From: Lactobacillales bacterium
GTDB lineage: Bacteria > Bacillota > Bacilli > Lactobacillales > Streptococcaceae
Direction: 5' to 3'
Length of the DNA: 64,000 nt
Assembly (NCBI GenBank): GCA_031288715.1
Contig: JAITQW010000001.1
Location: forward strand, 7,186-71,185
The notes under the pieces were generated by a model. That model did no database searches. It worked only from the letters and a program-made list of their open reading frames with translations, and had not been told where the DNA came from. The position numbers and the translations under genes were made by a program. Shown here one piece after another: positions 19,297 through 28,408 of the stretch; the stretch's first letter is position 1, and the number at the start of each line of letters is the position of its first letter.

Positions 19297-21083
19297 TTGG
19301 CAAAATTACTAAAACGAAAAGATGTTCCTGTTAAATATACTTGGGATTTATCATTGATTTTTTCCAGTGATAAAATTTGGGAGGAGGAATTTAGATTATT
19401 AGCTGCAAAAATACCTGAAAAAGAGCAGTATGAAGGAACATTAAAAAATGGAGCTCATCCTTTTTTAGATGCCTTAGAGTGGCAACTTTATATGATTCGA
19501 ACGATTCAGAAAATCTATTTTTATGCTTTACTAAAAAATAGTCAAGATACTAAAGATGCTAACTATCAAACTCTTATTGGAAAAGCTATGTCTCTTTATG
19601 CTAAAATCGCTGAAGCAATCTCGTGGTTTGAGCCAGAAGTACTTTCTTTACCCGATTATTTATTAACACGTTACCTTGAGGAGCTTCCGAAACTTTCATT
19701 ATATCAACATTATTTAGAAGAAATAACCAGCCAACGTGAGCATATAAGGTCTGCAGAAGTTGAAAACGTTCTTGCAAGTGCGATTGACGTGCTAAAATCT
19801 TCTTCTGATACATTTGAAAAATTAATTGACTCTGATCTTAAGTTTGAAGATATAGAAAATGTAGATGGAAATTTGGTTCAACTCACTCATGGGAACTATA
19901 CTAGCTTTTTAGAAGTTACGAATCGAAAGGTAAGAAAGGCTGCTTTTGAATCTATTTACAAATCCTTTGAACAATTTCAGCATTCTTTTGCCAGTACGTT
20001 GAACGGTGAAGTCAAAACGCATGTTTTTTCAGCGCGAACTCGAAACTATACGGGCACAAGAGAAGCAGCATTGTCAGGGAATCAAATCCCCGAATTGGTT
20101 TATGATCAATTGGTTACGACAGTGAACCAAAACTTATCTTTGTTACATCGCTATATTGCTCTACGAAAAAAAACATTAAAAATTGATAATCTTCAGCCTT
20201 ATGATTTATACACACCCTTATTAGGGGAAGCTCCCATAAAATTCACCTTTGAGGAGGCAAAAGAAAAAATTCTTGAGGCATTAACTCCTTTAGGAGAAGA
20301 TTATATAGATAATGTTAAATATATTTTTAAAAATCGAATTATCGATGTTTATGAAAATGAAGGGAAGCGCTCAGGCGCATTTTCTAGTGGAATGTACGAT
20401 ACTGAACCTTACATTTTGTAAATTGGCAGGATAACATAGAAAGTCTGTATACCTTAATTCATGAACTGGGACATAGTATGCATAGCTATTACACACGAAC
20501 GAATCAACCCTATGTTTATGGGCATTATTCAATTTTTCTAGCTGAAATTGCTTCGACAACGAATGAAAATTTTTTAACCGAATATCTTTTATCTACTGAA
20601 AAAAAGAAAGATGTTCGCACCTATATTTTAAACCATTATCTTGATGGTTTTAAAGGATCTGTTTTCAGGCAAACTCAATTTGCTGAGTTTGAACATTTTA
20701 TTAATCAACAAGCTGAAAATGGAATTCCTTTGACAGCAGAGCTTTTAAGCAAAAATTATGGCACTTTAAATGAACGCTACTATGGAAGTGCTTTATCTCC
20801 AAATTCACAAATCAAATTTGAGTGGGCACGTATTCCTCATTTTTACTGTGGCTACTATGTTTATCAGTATGCTACAGGTTTTGCATCCGCTACTGCTTTT
20901 ACTGAAAAAATTATTCAAAAAAAAGAACTGGAGCCTTACTTAAATTTTTTGAAAGCTGGTAGCTCTGATTATCCGCTTAAAATTCTAAACAAAGCTGGTT
21001 TAGATGTTAAAAAAACAGAATATTTAGAGGAAGCTTTTTCTGTATTTAAAAGAAGGCTAAATGAATTAGAAAATTTAATTTAA
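19297..21083 (+). pseudogene. pepF: Oligoendopeptidase F, interrupted by a 1-nt frameshift
   Basis: Two ORFs (19297-20421, 20478-21083) are collinear with one M3B PepF. The first frame ends ...EPYIL-TAA. The next frame continues immediately from 20421 as [24 protein letters not shown] (HExxH zinc motif). One T appears to be missing in ttttgtaaatt. Confidence 0.85.
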
Positions 21084-21209
21084 TAGCTCCCTTATAAAAT
21101 GAAAGGAAGATTCGGATGAGAACTGTCTAGTTAATTTATCTTAAAATTGTGGCATCTTTATGACCTAATTTCAAAATTAATTGACTATACAAGTCCGAAA
21201 GACATAAAA

Positions 21210-22085
21210 ATGGATCGTTATGAAGAATTAAAATTAGCCGAAAAAGGTGCTCTCCTTAGTATCTTTACCTATGTTTCTTTGGCAATGGCCAAATTACTGA
21301 TCGGACACTGGGGGCATTCTAATTCACTGTTCGCGGACGGAATGAATAATTTAACAGATATTATTAGCTCAACGACTGTTTTTATTGGTCTGCGAGTAGC
21401 AAGAAAACCAGCTGATCATGATCATACCTATGGACATTGGAAATTTGAAACTGTGGCTAGCATGATTACCTCTTTTATCATGTTAACCATAGGATTAGAG
21501 GTTTTAGGATCTACTATTGAAAAGATTGCTCATCAGAGCTATTCTAAACCTGAACCGTTGACAGCTTTAGTTGGAATTTTTTCTGCAATTGTAATGGTTG
21601 CTGTTTATTTCTACAATCGTGCACTTGCTAGGCGAGTCAACAGCCAAGCTCTTTTGGCAGCTGCAAAAGATAATCTAAGTGATGCATATACAAGTATTGG
21701 CACATCTGTTGCCATATTGGCTACAATCATTCAATTTCCAATATTGGATACGATTGCTGCAATAGTGATCGCCGCTTTAATTTTAACTACTGCATTAGGA
21801 ATTTTTCGAGAAAGTGTCTTTTCTCTTTCCGATGGTTTCTCTGAGGAAATTCTAAAAGATTATGAGAAAATGCTTTTAAACATTGATGGCATTCGAGAAA
21901 TCCGCTTGATTCGTGGACGTACATATGGCTCAAATATTTTTCTAGATGTAGTGGTTGCAATGGATGCGGATCTTTCTGTTCTGCAAAGTCACCATATTAC
22001 GGAAATTATTGAAAATCGTCTACGAAAAGAATTTAATGTTTACGATATAGATGTTCACGTAGAGCCTTATATGGAAAATAATTGA
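21210..22085 (+). CDS. Cation diffusion facilitator family transporter
   Basis: Six TM spans, HDHTYGH motif after TM2, C-terminal cytoplasmic domain. Start uncertain (the ORF is open from 21147). Confidence 0.85.
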   Translation: MDRYEELKLAEKGALLSIFTYVSLAMAKLLIGHWGHSNSLFADGMNNLTDIISSTTVFIGLRVARKPADHDHTYGHWKFETVASMITSFIMLTIGLEVLGSTIEKIAHQSYSKPEPLTALVGIFSAIVMVAVYFYNRALARRVNSQALLAAAKDNLSDAYTSIGTSVAILATIIQFPILDTIAAIVIAALILTTALGIFRESVFSLSDGFSEEILKDYEKMLLNIDGIREIRLIRGRTYGSNIFLDVVVAMDADLSVLQSHHITEIIENRLRKEFNVYDIDVHVEPYMENN

Positions 22086-22140
22086 GAGATAAGTTAATAG
22101 ATTTTGAGAAGATTTACTCAAATGTATAAGGAGTTTTATC

Positions 22141-22593
22141 ATGCGTAAGAAGGATCGCCTACAATTGCTCAGGGAAATCTTGATAGAAGAAAACATTCAA
22201 AAGCAGGAGGATTTGGTTGTATTTTTAAAGAATCGTGGTATTGAAATAACTCAAGCTACTATTTCACGAGATTTTTCAGAATTACAGCTTATAAAAACTT
22301 TAGATGAAAAGGGTGAAATTCGCTATATTTTACCCAATTTTTCTAAGGAGAATGACTATCATTTTTCAAAAATCTCTCCAATGATTAATGATATTATCAT
22401 GCAAGAGATAGAATTGATGATGTATGTAGTTCCTGGAACTGCTCTACGAGTAAAACAAGTATTATTACGGACAATGAAAGCGGAAATTTTTGCTGCTATT
22501 GCGGATGATGATGGAGTTTTTGTAAAAGCTTGGTCCCAAGAAAGCGCACAAAAAATTTTTAACCTTTGGAAAAAGGAAAATGGAGGTATTTAA
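22141..22593 (+). CDS. argR: Arginine repressor family regulator
   Basis: 150 aa. Winged-helix N-terminus (QEDLVVFLKNRGIEITQATISRD), C-terminal oligomerisation domain. Conserved argR-recN linkage. Confidence 0.85.
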   Translation: MRKKDRLQLLREILIEENIQKQEDLVVFLKNRGIEITQATISRDFSELQLIKTLDEKGEIRYILPNFSKENDYHFSKISPMINDIIMQEIELMMYVVPGTALRVKQVLLRTMKAEIFAAIADDDGVFVKAWSQESAQKIFNLWKKENGGI

Positions 22594-24264
22594 TTGCTAC
22601 AAGAATTAGTTATTGAAAACTTCACCATTATTTCAAAGTTAAGTTTATCTTTTCAATCAGGAATGAGCGCATTAACGGGTGAGACAGGTGCTGGAAAATC
22701 TATCATCATTGATGCAGTAAACCTTCTTATTGGCGGACGTAGCCAGATAAGTTCCATTCGCTTTGGTTCAAAAAAGGCTGTCCTTCAAGGATTATTTTCA
22801 ATTCAAAAAGATGATCAACTTTCTCGACTTCTTGAAACTTACGGAATCGATCTTGTCGATGATTCCCTTTTACTTCAACGAGAGTTGATGGATACAGGTA
22901 GAACAAATTGCCGAGTCAACGGACGACTGGTAAATACTTCAATTTTACGTGAAATTGGGCGCTATTTAGTGGATATTCATGGACAATATGATCATCAAAA
23001 ATTAATTAATGAACATGCTCATCTGGAATTACTTGATTCTTTTGGTGGGGAAAAATTACAGCAACAAAAAAAGCATTATCAACAAGTTTATACAGATTTT
23101 AAAGAGCTTGAGAAGAAGGTCACAAACCTTCGGAAAAATGAACAAGAATTTGCTCAAAGAATTGACCTACTGCGTTTTCAAAAAATGGAACTTGAAGAAG
23201 CAGCTTTGCAAATGGATGAAGAAGATCTATTGTTTGAGGAACATGAAAAATTGGCAAATTTTCAAAAAATAAGCTCAATCTTAACAGAAGGTTTTGCTTC
23301 TCTTATTGAAGGAGATAAACCTGTTCTTGATCATCTTGCGCGCACTCAAAGTGAATTTCAAAAGATTGCTGATTTTGGAAGTGAATTTCAAAAAATTTCT
23401 GAAAATATTTCCTCAGCTTATTATCTTTTACAAGAAGCTACGACGACACTTAACCGAGAAATCGAAGCTCTTTTTTATGATGAAGAGCGCCTGAATGAAG
23501 TGGATACACGTTTAGAATTACTGAAACAATTGAAACGAAAGTATGGAGAATCTTTGTCCGATATTATTCGCTATTATGAAGAGATCTCTTTCGAGCTAGA
23601 AGAAAAAGAGGATTTTGTTCACCGATCTGTTGAATGGGAAAATTCTTTAGCTAAAAAATATCAACTTGCACTGCAAGAAGGAGAAATCTTAAGTAAGATG
23701 CGTGCAAAAGTTGCCCAGTCTTTAACCAAAGAAATTGAGCAAGAGTTAAAGGAATTGTACATGGATAAAACAACCTTCAAAGTGAGATTCCAACCAAATT
23801 CACAAAAAATAACAGAATCTGGTTTAGAAGAAGTTCAGTTTTTAATTGCGCCTAACATTGGAGAGGGATTAAAATCACTTGCAAAAATTGCTTCTGGTGG
23901 GGAAATGTCACGCGTTTTACTAGCTCTTACTTCTATTTTCTCAGACGCACAAAAAATTTCCACACTCATCTTTGATGAAATTGATACGGGTGTAAGCGGG
24001 CGTGTGGCAGAAGCTATCGCTAAAAAAATATCTAAACTTTCTAAAAGTGCTCAAGTGCTTTGTATTACTCATTTGCCGCAGGTAGCAGCATACGCAGACA
24101 ATCAATTCCTAATTGAAAAGGACATTCAGGGTGAGCGTACGCAGGTAAGAGTTCAATGTTTGCAAAAAGAGGCACGAATTCAAGAAATTGCCCGAATGCT
24201 TTCAGGAGAAAATATTACTTCACTTTCCTTAGAACACGCAAAAGAATGGTTAGAAGAAAAATAG
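22594..24264 (+). CDS. recN: DNA repair protein RecN
   Basis: Walker A GETGAGKSIIIDA, long coiled-coil, signature SGGEMSR, Walker B LIFDEIDTG. TTG start abutting the argR stop. Confidence 0.93.
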   Translation: MLQELVIENFTIISKLSLSFQSGMSALTGETGAGKSIIIDAVNLLIGGRSQISSIRFGSKKAVLQGLFSIQKDDQLSRLLETYGIDLVDDSLLLQRELMDTGRTNCRVNGRLVNTSILREIGRYLVDIHGQYDHQKLINEHAHLELLDSFGGEKLQQQKKHYQQVYTDFKELEKKVTNLRKNEQEFAQRIDLLRFQKMELEEAALQMDEEDLLFEEHEKLANFQKISSILTEGFASLIEGDKPVLDHLARTQSEFQKIADFGSEFQKISENISSAYYLLQEATTTLNREIEALFYDEERLNEVDTRLELLKQLKRKYGESLSDIIRYYEEISFELEEKEDFVHRSVEWENSLAKKYQLALQEGEILSKMRAKVAQSLTKEIEQELKELYMDKTTFKVRFQPNSQKITESGLEEVQFLIAPNIGEGLKSLAKIASGGEMSRVLLALTSIFSDAQKISTLIFDEIDTGVSGRVAEAIAKKISKLSKSAQVLCITHLPQVAAYADNQFLIEKDIQGERTQVRVQCLQKEARIQEIARMLSGENITSLSLEHAKEWLEEK

Positions 24265-24417
24265 ACCTCTACATGGAGCTCTATTTTTTATTAAATAAGC
24301 AAATGATTACTCTTGATTTTAATAGGTAATAAACACAGACTTAATTTGGCAATGGTGCACCTTTTGATTGTCTATAGCAGGCAGGGTGTAATATGGAGAA
24401 TAATTTAACCAAAGCAT

Positions 24418-24534
24418 TTACTTAATAAAGTATACTAATGTTCCAAGGGCAATTCCAGCGATTGTAAATATTAACATCAGCCAAACAACCATCATTGTAA
24501 TTTTTTGAAATGTATTCCTATCTCTCCATTTCAT
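24418..24534 (-). CDS. Putative 38-aa membrane peptide (not in ORF track)
   Basis: MKWRDRNTFQKITMMVVWLMLIFTIAGIALGTLVYFIK. GGGGGTG RBS about 8 nt upstream. Single TM. Confidence 0.4.
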   Translation of the reverse strand: MKWRDRNTFQKITMMVVWLMLIFTIAGIALGTLVYFIK

Positions 24535-24722
24535 CGACAAACACCCCCATTTAGATATATTCGCAATCTTATTTCTTTTACTTCATTAGCTAAAAAATAG
24601 CAATCTTGTTAAAATTATATTAGATTATAAGTTTTATTTTATATCCGAATAAAATCAAGTGCAACTGTTGAGGAGATAGCGAGTTTGTTAGAGTATTTGA
24701 TTTTTCTTAATAGATTTAATTT

Positions 24723-25961
24723 TTATGTCCAATCCCCATTTCTAAAGATGGGAGTACGTGATCCATCTGATGAGATTCCGTCAATGTCCATATTTTCAGA
24801 GCCTACCATGAAGTCAACGTGAATTGTTGAGCGATTAAGTCCGCGCTTTTTTAATTCATCTTGACTTAATTTTTCGCCACCAACAATACTAGTGGCATAG
24901 GCTTGCCCAAATGCTAAATGATTTGATGCATTTTCATCAAAAAGAGTGTTGAAGAACGTGAGTCCAGAACGTGAGATGGGTGAAAGATCAGGAACGAGTG
25001 CTACTTCTCCAAGATGACTTGCGCCTTCATCGGTTGCTAAAAGTTTTTGAATGACTTCTTCTCCTTGCTTTGCAGAAAATTCAATAGCTTTACCATTTTT
25101 AAAAGTAAATTTCATTCCAGAAATGACTACTCCCGCATAACTTAATGGCTTTGTAGAAGATACGTAGCCATCTACACGATTGGTATCAGGTGCGGTAAAA
25201 ACTTCCTCTGTAGGCATGTTTGCAATGAAAACTTCTCCTTTTGAATTCATCGAACTTGCGCCTTCCCAATAATGATTCTTTGGTAATCCAATTACAAGGT
25301 CTGTTCCAGGTGCCGTATAATGAAGTGCGTCAAATTGTGCATCGTTTAATTTTTTAGTTTGTTTGCAGAGTTTTTTGTCATGATCTTGCCAAGCTTTAAT
25401 GGGATCTTCTTCGTAAATTCGTGTAGTTTTAAAAATTTGATCCCAAAGTGCGTCCAGTTGCTCTTCTTTTGTTGATAAGTGAGGGAACACTTTAGTTGCC
25501 CAGCCGTAAGAAGCGGCAGCAACAACTGTCCAGTTCATTTTATTGGCTTGGATAGCAGCAGAGTAGTCAGCAGAAGCGGCATTAGAGGCTGCAAGATGCT
25601 TGGATATTCGTTCATTATCCACTCCTTCAAAAGCAGCGGGATCGCTGGAATCAATAGAAATACGACTGACTTTTTCATTGATGAACTCTTGGAATTTTTG
25701 GACCGTTGATTCAGGAATGTGTGTCAATCTTTTTTCATTTGCATGTAAGTATGTTTCACGACTAACGCTGTCATCTTTCCAGTTTACAAGAACTTCTGCA
25801 GCCCCTAGTGCATATAATTCTTTCACTAGCAAGCGTGTTAATTTTGCCTGGTCGATTTGAGAGTTGATAGAAACAATGTGTCCTGGTTTCACTCCTACAC
25901 CAATTTTAGCAATTAAATGAACGTATTTTTTTAAATTAGCTTCAAAATTAGATAATACCAT
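24723..25961 (-). CDS. pepS: Aminopeptidase PepS/AmpS (M29 family)
   Basis: 412 aa. The overall sequence is typical of thermophilic-aminopeptidase family M29 (HLGEVALVP, IHVDFMVGS). Confidence 0.9.
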   Translation of the reverse strand: MVLSNFEANLKKYVHLIAKIGVGVKPGHIVSINSQIDQAKLTRLLVKELYALGAAEVLVNWKDDSVSRETYLHANEKRLTHIPESTVQKFQEFINEKVSRISIDSSDPAAFEGVDNERISKHLAASNAASADYSAAIQANKMNWTVVAAASYGWATKVFPHLSTKEEQLDALWDQIFKTTRIYEEDPIKAWQDHDKKLCKQTKKLNDAQFDALHYTAPGTDLVIGLPKNHYWEGASSMNSKGEVFIANMPTEEVFTAPDTNRVDGYVSSTKPLSYAGVVISGMKFTFKNGKAIEFSAKQGEEVIQKLLATDEGASHLGEVALVPDLSPISRSGLTFFNTLFDENASNHLAFGQAYATSIVGGEKLSQDELKKRGLNRSTIHVDFMVGSENMDIDGISSDGSRTPIFRNGDWT

Positions 25962-26040
25962 TTAGAAATTCCTCCTTATGCACCGAATACTTCAATCATA
26001 TCACGAAATAATGGTTGAATGGAGCAATAATAGCATTTAA

Positions 26041-26187
26041 CACGTTAAACGCATGAAGAATTTTTGGGTTCATAAAGAATGATTTTAAGTGATTTAAAAT
26101 TTTTGAACGATTTTTTTACAAAATATTCGCTTAAAATACTTCTCTCACGCTTATTTTTTCTCATAATTCTTTCATGCGTTTGGCGTA
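26041..26187 (-). mobile_element. MITE family B, copy 1
   Basis: About 147 bp, no ORF. Ends are cacgttaaacgcatgaag ... cttTcatgcgtttggcgt. The reverse complement is about 90 percent identical by eye to 37898-38044. Flanked by tagcattt(a/t)aa on both sides. Confidence 0.7.
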
Positions 26188-26280
26188 GCATTTTAAATTT
26201 ATATGAAATAGAAAATCATAAGAACTGGTTAATGATCTCGGAATAGGCAAGTTACAAGTTAATAGATTCTAAAACCATCT

Positions 26281-26330
26281 GTGGTATTTTATGGTTTAAA
26301 GTGGTAAAAAGTGGAGGACTATGGTAGCAT
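26281..26330 (+). promoter_or_regulatory. Putative MraZ operator: five direct repeats at exact 10-bp phase
   Basis: gtggtatttt / atggtttaaa / gtggtaaaaa / gtggaggact / atggtagcat. (G/A)TGG(T/A) recurs every 10 nt, about 110 nt upstream of mraZ. Confidence 0.6.
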
Positions 26331-26333
26331 AAC

Positions 26334-26361
26334 TTTATAAATAATGCCTGCTGAATAATTA
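26334..26361 (-). repeat. Family C repeat end
   Basis: tttataaataatgcctgctgaataatta closely matches the reverse complement of the right TIR of the 14950 element. Confidence 0.7.
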
Positions 26362-26437
26362 TTGATTGGTGAGTATTGATATAGTTTTAAGCATCTACAT
26401 ATTAGGATTTTAAATTTTGCATGGGAGGTAAGCGGCA

Positions 26438-26869
26438 TTGTTTCTAGGAGAGTTTCAACACACAATTGATAACAAAGGTCGTCTCATTATTCCGGTTCGT
26501 TTTCGTGAAGAGATTGGTGAGAAATTTATAATTACGAAGGGACTAGATCATTGTTTATCGGGATATCCCATGGAGGAGTGGGAACGAATGACGGACAAAA
26601 TTTCTAAGTTACCTTCTTCGAATCCGAAAGCAAGACAATTGCAAAGATTTTATTTTGCTTCCGCTTCTCCAAGTGAGTTAGATAAGCAGGGGAGAGTGAA
26701 CATTCCACAAGCTTTACGTGATTGGGGGAACTTAAAAAAGGGATGTGTAATTGTGGGAAATCCTAAACACATTGAAATTTGGGATGAGGATTGTTGGAAA
26801 GCTATGAATGTTGTAACTGAAGAAAATATTGGAGAAATTTCAATAGCGATGGAAGAATTTGGTTTCTAG
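26438..26869 (+). CDS. mraZ: Transcriptional regulator MraZ
   Basis: MFLGEFQHTIDNKGRLIIPVRFRE, second SpoVT-AbrB repeat DKQGRVNIP. TTG start after GGGAGG. Confidence 0.93.
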   Translation: MFLGEFQHTIDNKGRLIIPVRFREEIGEKFIITKGLDHCLSGYPMEEWERMTDKISKLPSSNPKARQLQRFYFASASPSELDKQGRVNIPQALRDWGNLKKGCVIVGNPKHIEIWDEDCWKAMNVVTEENIGEISIAMEEFGF

Positions 26870-27011
26870 ATAGCGCTTAAAATGTTAAAATAAAAAGACT
26901 TTGTTTCTTCTTGATAAGGCAGGGTTAGATTTAGAGCTTGTGATTATGATTCCTAAAGAAGTTTAAATTCATTAATTTTTGTGGGGAAATTTTATGAAAG
27001 TGGGAGTAATA

Positions 27012-27965
27012 ATGAAAACCGATTTCAATCACTACACGGTTTTGTTGAAGGAAACGGTGGACGGATTGAATGTACGACCAGATGGGATTTATGTCGATTG
27101 TACTCTTGGAGGAGCAGGGCATAGTGAGTATCTTCTATCGCAGTTGAATGAAAACGGGCATCTCTATTCATTTGATCAAGATGAGACGGCAATTGTGGCA
27201 GCAAAGAAGCGTTTAGCGCCATTTATTGAAAAAAATATGGTGACATTTATAAAGGCGAATTTTCGCTTTTTGAAAGAAAAATTATTGAATTATGGTATTT
27301 CTAGGGTAGATGGTTTTATTTATGATCTGGGAGTCTCTTCCCCTCAATTAGATGTGGCAGAACGTGGCTTTAGCTACCATAGTGACGCTCCCCTAGACAT
27401 GCGAATGGATTTGGATGGTGAAAAAACAGCGGCGGATGTTGTTAATTCTTATTCTTATGCAGACCTGGTTCGAATTTTTTACCGTTATGGCGAGGAGAAA
27501 TTTTCTAGACAAATTGCTTATCAAATAGAACAGGCTCGTAAAAGTAAGCCGATTCAAACAACGGAAGAATTGGTAGAATTGATTAAGCATGGTATTCCAG
27601 CTGCGGCTAGAAGGAAGGGTGGGCATCCAGCAAAACGGATTTTTCAAGCAATTCGTATTGAAGTGAATGATGAGTTGCGAGTAGCCGAAAAATCTTTGGA
27701 ACAAGCGATTGAGTTATTGAGTGTAGGAGGGAGAATTAGTGTGATTACCTTTCATTCTTTGGAAGATCGAATGGTAAAAATGATGTTCAAGAAATATAGT
27801 ACACTACAGGATTTACCACCAGGATTACCTATCGTACCTGAGGAAGAGCAGCCGATTTTAAAGTTGATTAACCGCAAACCTATGCTTGCCTCAGCGGAAG
27901 AGTTAGAAGAGAATCATCGTTCGCGATCAGCAAAGCTTCGAATGGTAGAAAAAGTGAAAGAGTAA
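27012..27965 (+). CDS. rsmH: 16S rRNA (cytosine1402-N4)-methyltransferase
   Basis: [33 protein letters not shown] motifs. Start at the ATG after GGGAG. Confidence 0.93.
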   Translation: MKTDFNHYTVLLKETVDGLNVRPDGIYVDCTLGGAGHSEYLLSQLNENGHLYSFDQDETAIVAAKKRLAPFIEKNMVTFIKANFRFLKEKLLNYGISRVDGFIYDLGVSSPQLDVAERGFSYHSDAPLDMRMDLDGEKTAADVVNSYSYADLVRIFYRYGEEKFSRQIAYQIEQARKSKPIQTTEELVELIKHGIPAAARRKGGHPAKRIFQAIRIEVNDELRVAEKSLEQAIELLSVGGRISVITFHSLEDRMVKMMFKKYSTLQDLPPGLPIVPEEEQPILKLINRKPMLASAEELEENHRSRSAKLRMVEKVKE

Positions 27966-28024
27966 ATTTTATAAGTTTATTTGACTTACTTAGAAAGTGA
28001 TCATAGAGGAAAGGGAGGGTTACC

Positions 28025-28399
28025 ATGGCTGGAGCTGAACCATATTTAGCAATTGAAGAGTATGAATATGAGGAAGTAGACGCTCCGAAAAGGGGAGCCA
28101 GTGATCCTCAGTTTCCAAAGAAAAATATAATTCGTCTATCGAAAGTTGAAAAGATTGTTTATTGTGTCATTATATTGGTGGCGATCATTTTTGCATTTGC
28201 GATTGTTTATTCGATTACCACGGTGCAGTCAACAAATCATGAGAGTGCACAGTTGAAAGCTGAGAATGACCGAATGAAAGACAAGGTTGGGGAACTTAGG
28301 CAAAAGGTTAGTGAGTTATCTAAAGCAGATCGTGTAAAATCAATTGCAAAGAAGAAAGGGCTGTCTGTCAATGATGAGCGGGTGAAGAAGACAGATTGA
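28025..28399 (+). CDS. ftsL: Cell division protein FtsL
   Basis: 124 aa, single TM followed by a coiled-coil. Position between rsmH and the PBP gene. Confidence 0.75.
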   Translation: MAGAEPYLAIEEYEYEEVDAPKRGASDPQFPKKNIIRLSKVEKIVYCVIILVAIIFAFAIVYSITTVQSTNHESAQLKAENDRMKDKVGELRQKVSELSKADRVKSIAKKKGLSVNDERVKKTD

Positions 28400-28408
28400 T
28401 GAACAGGA

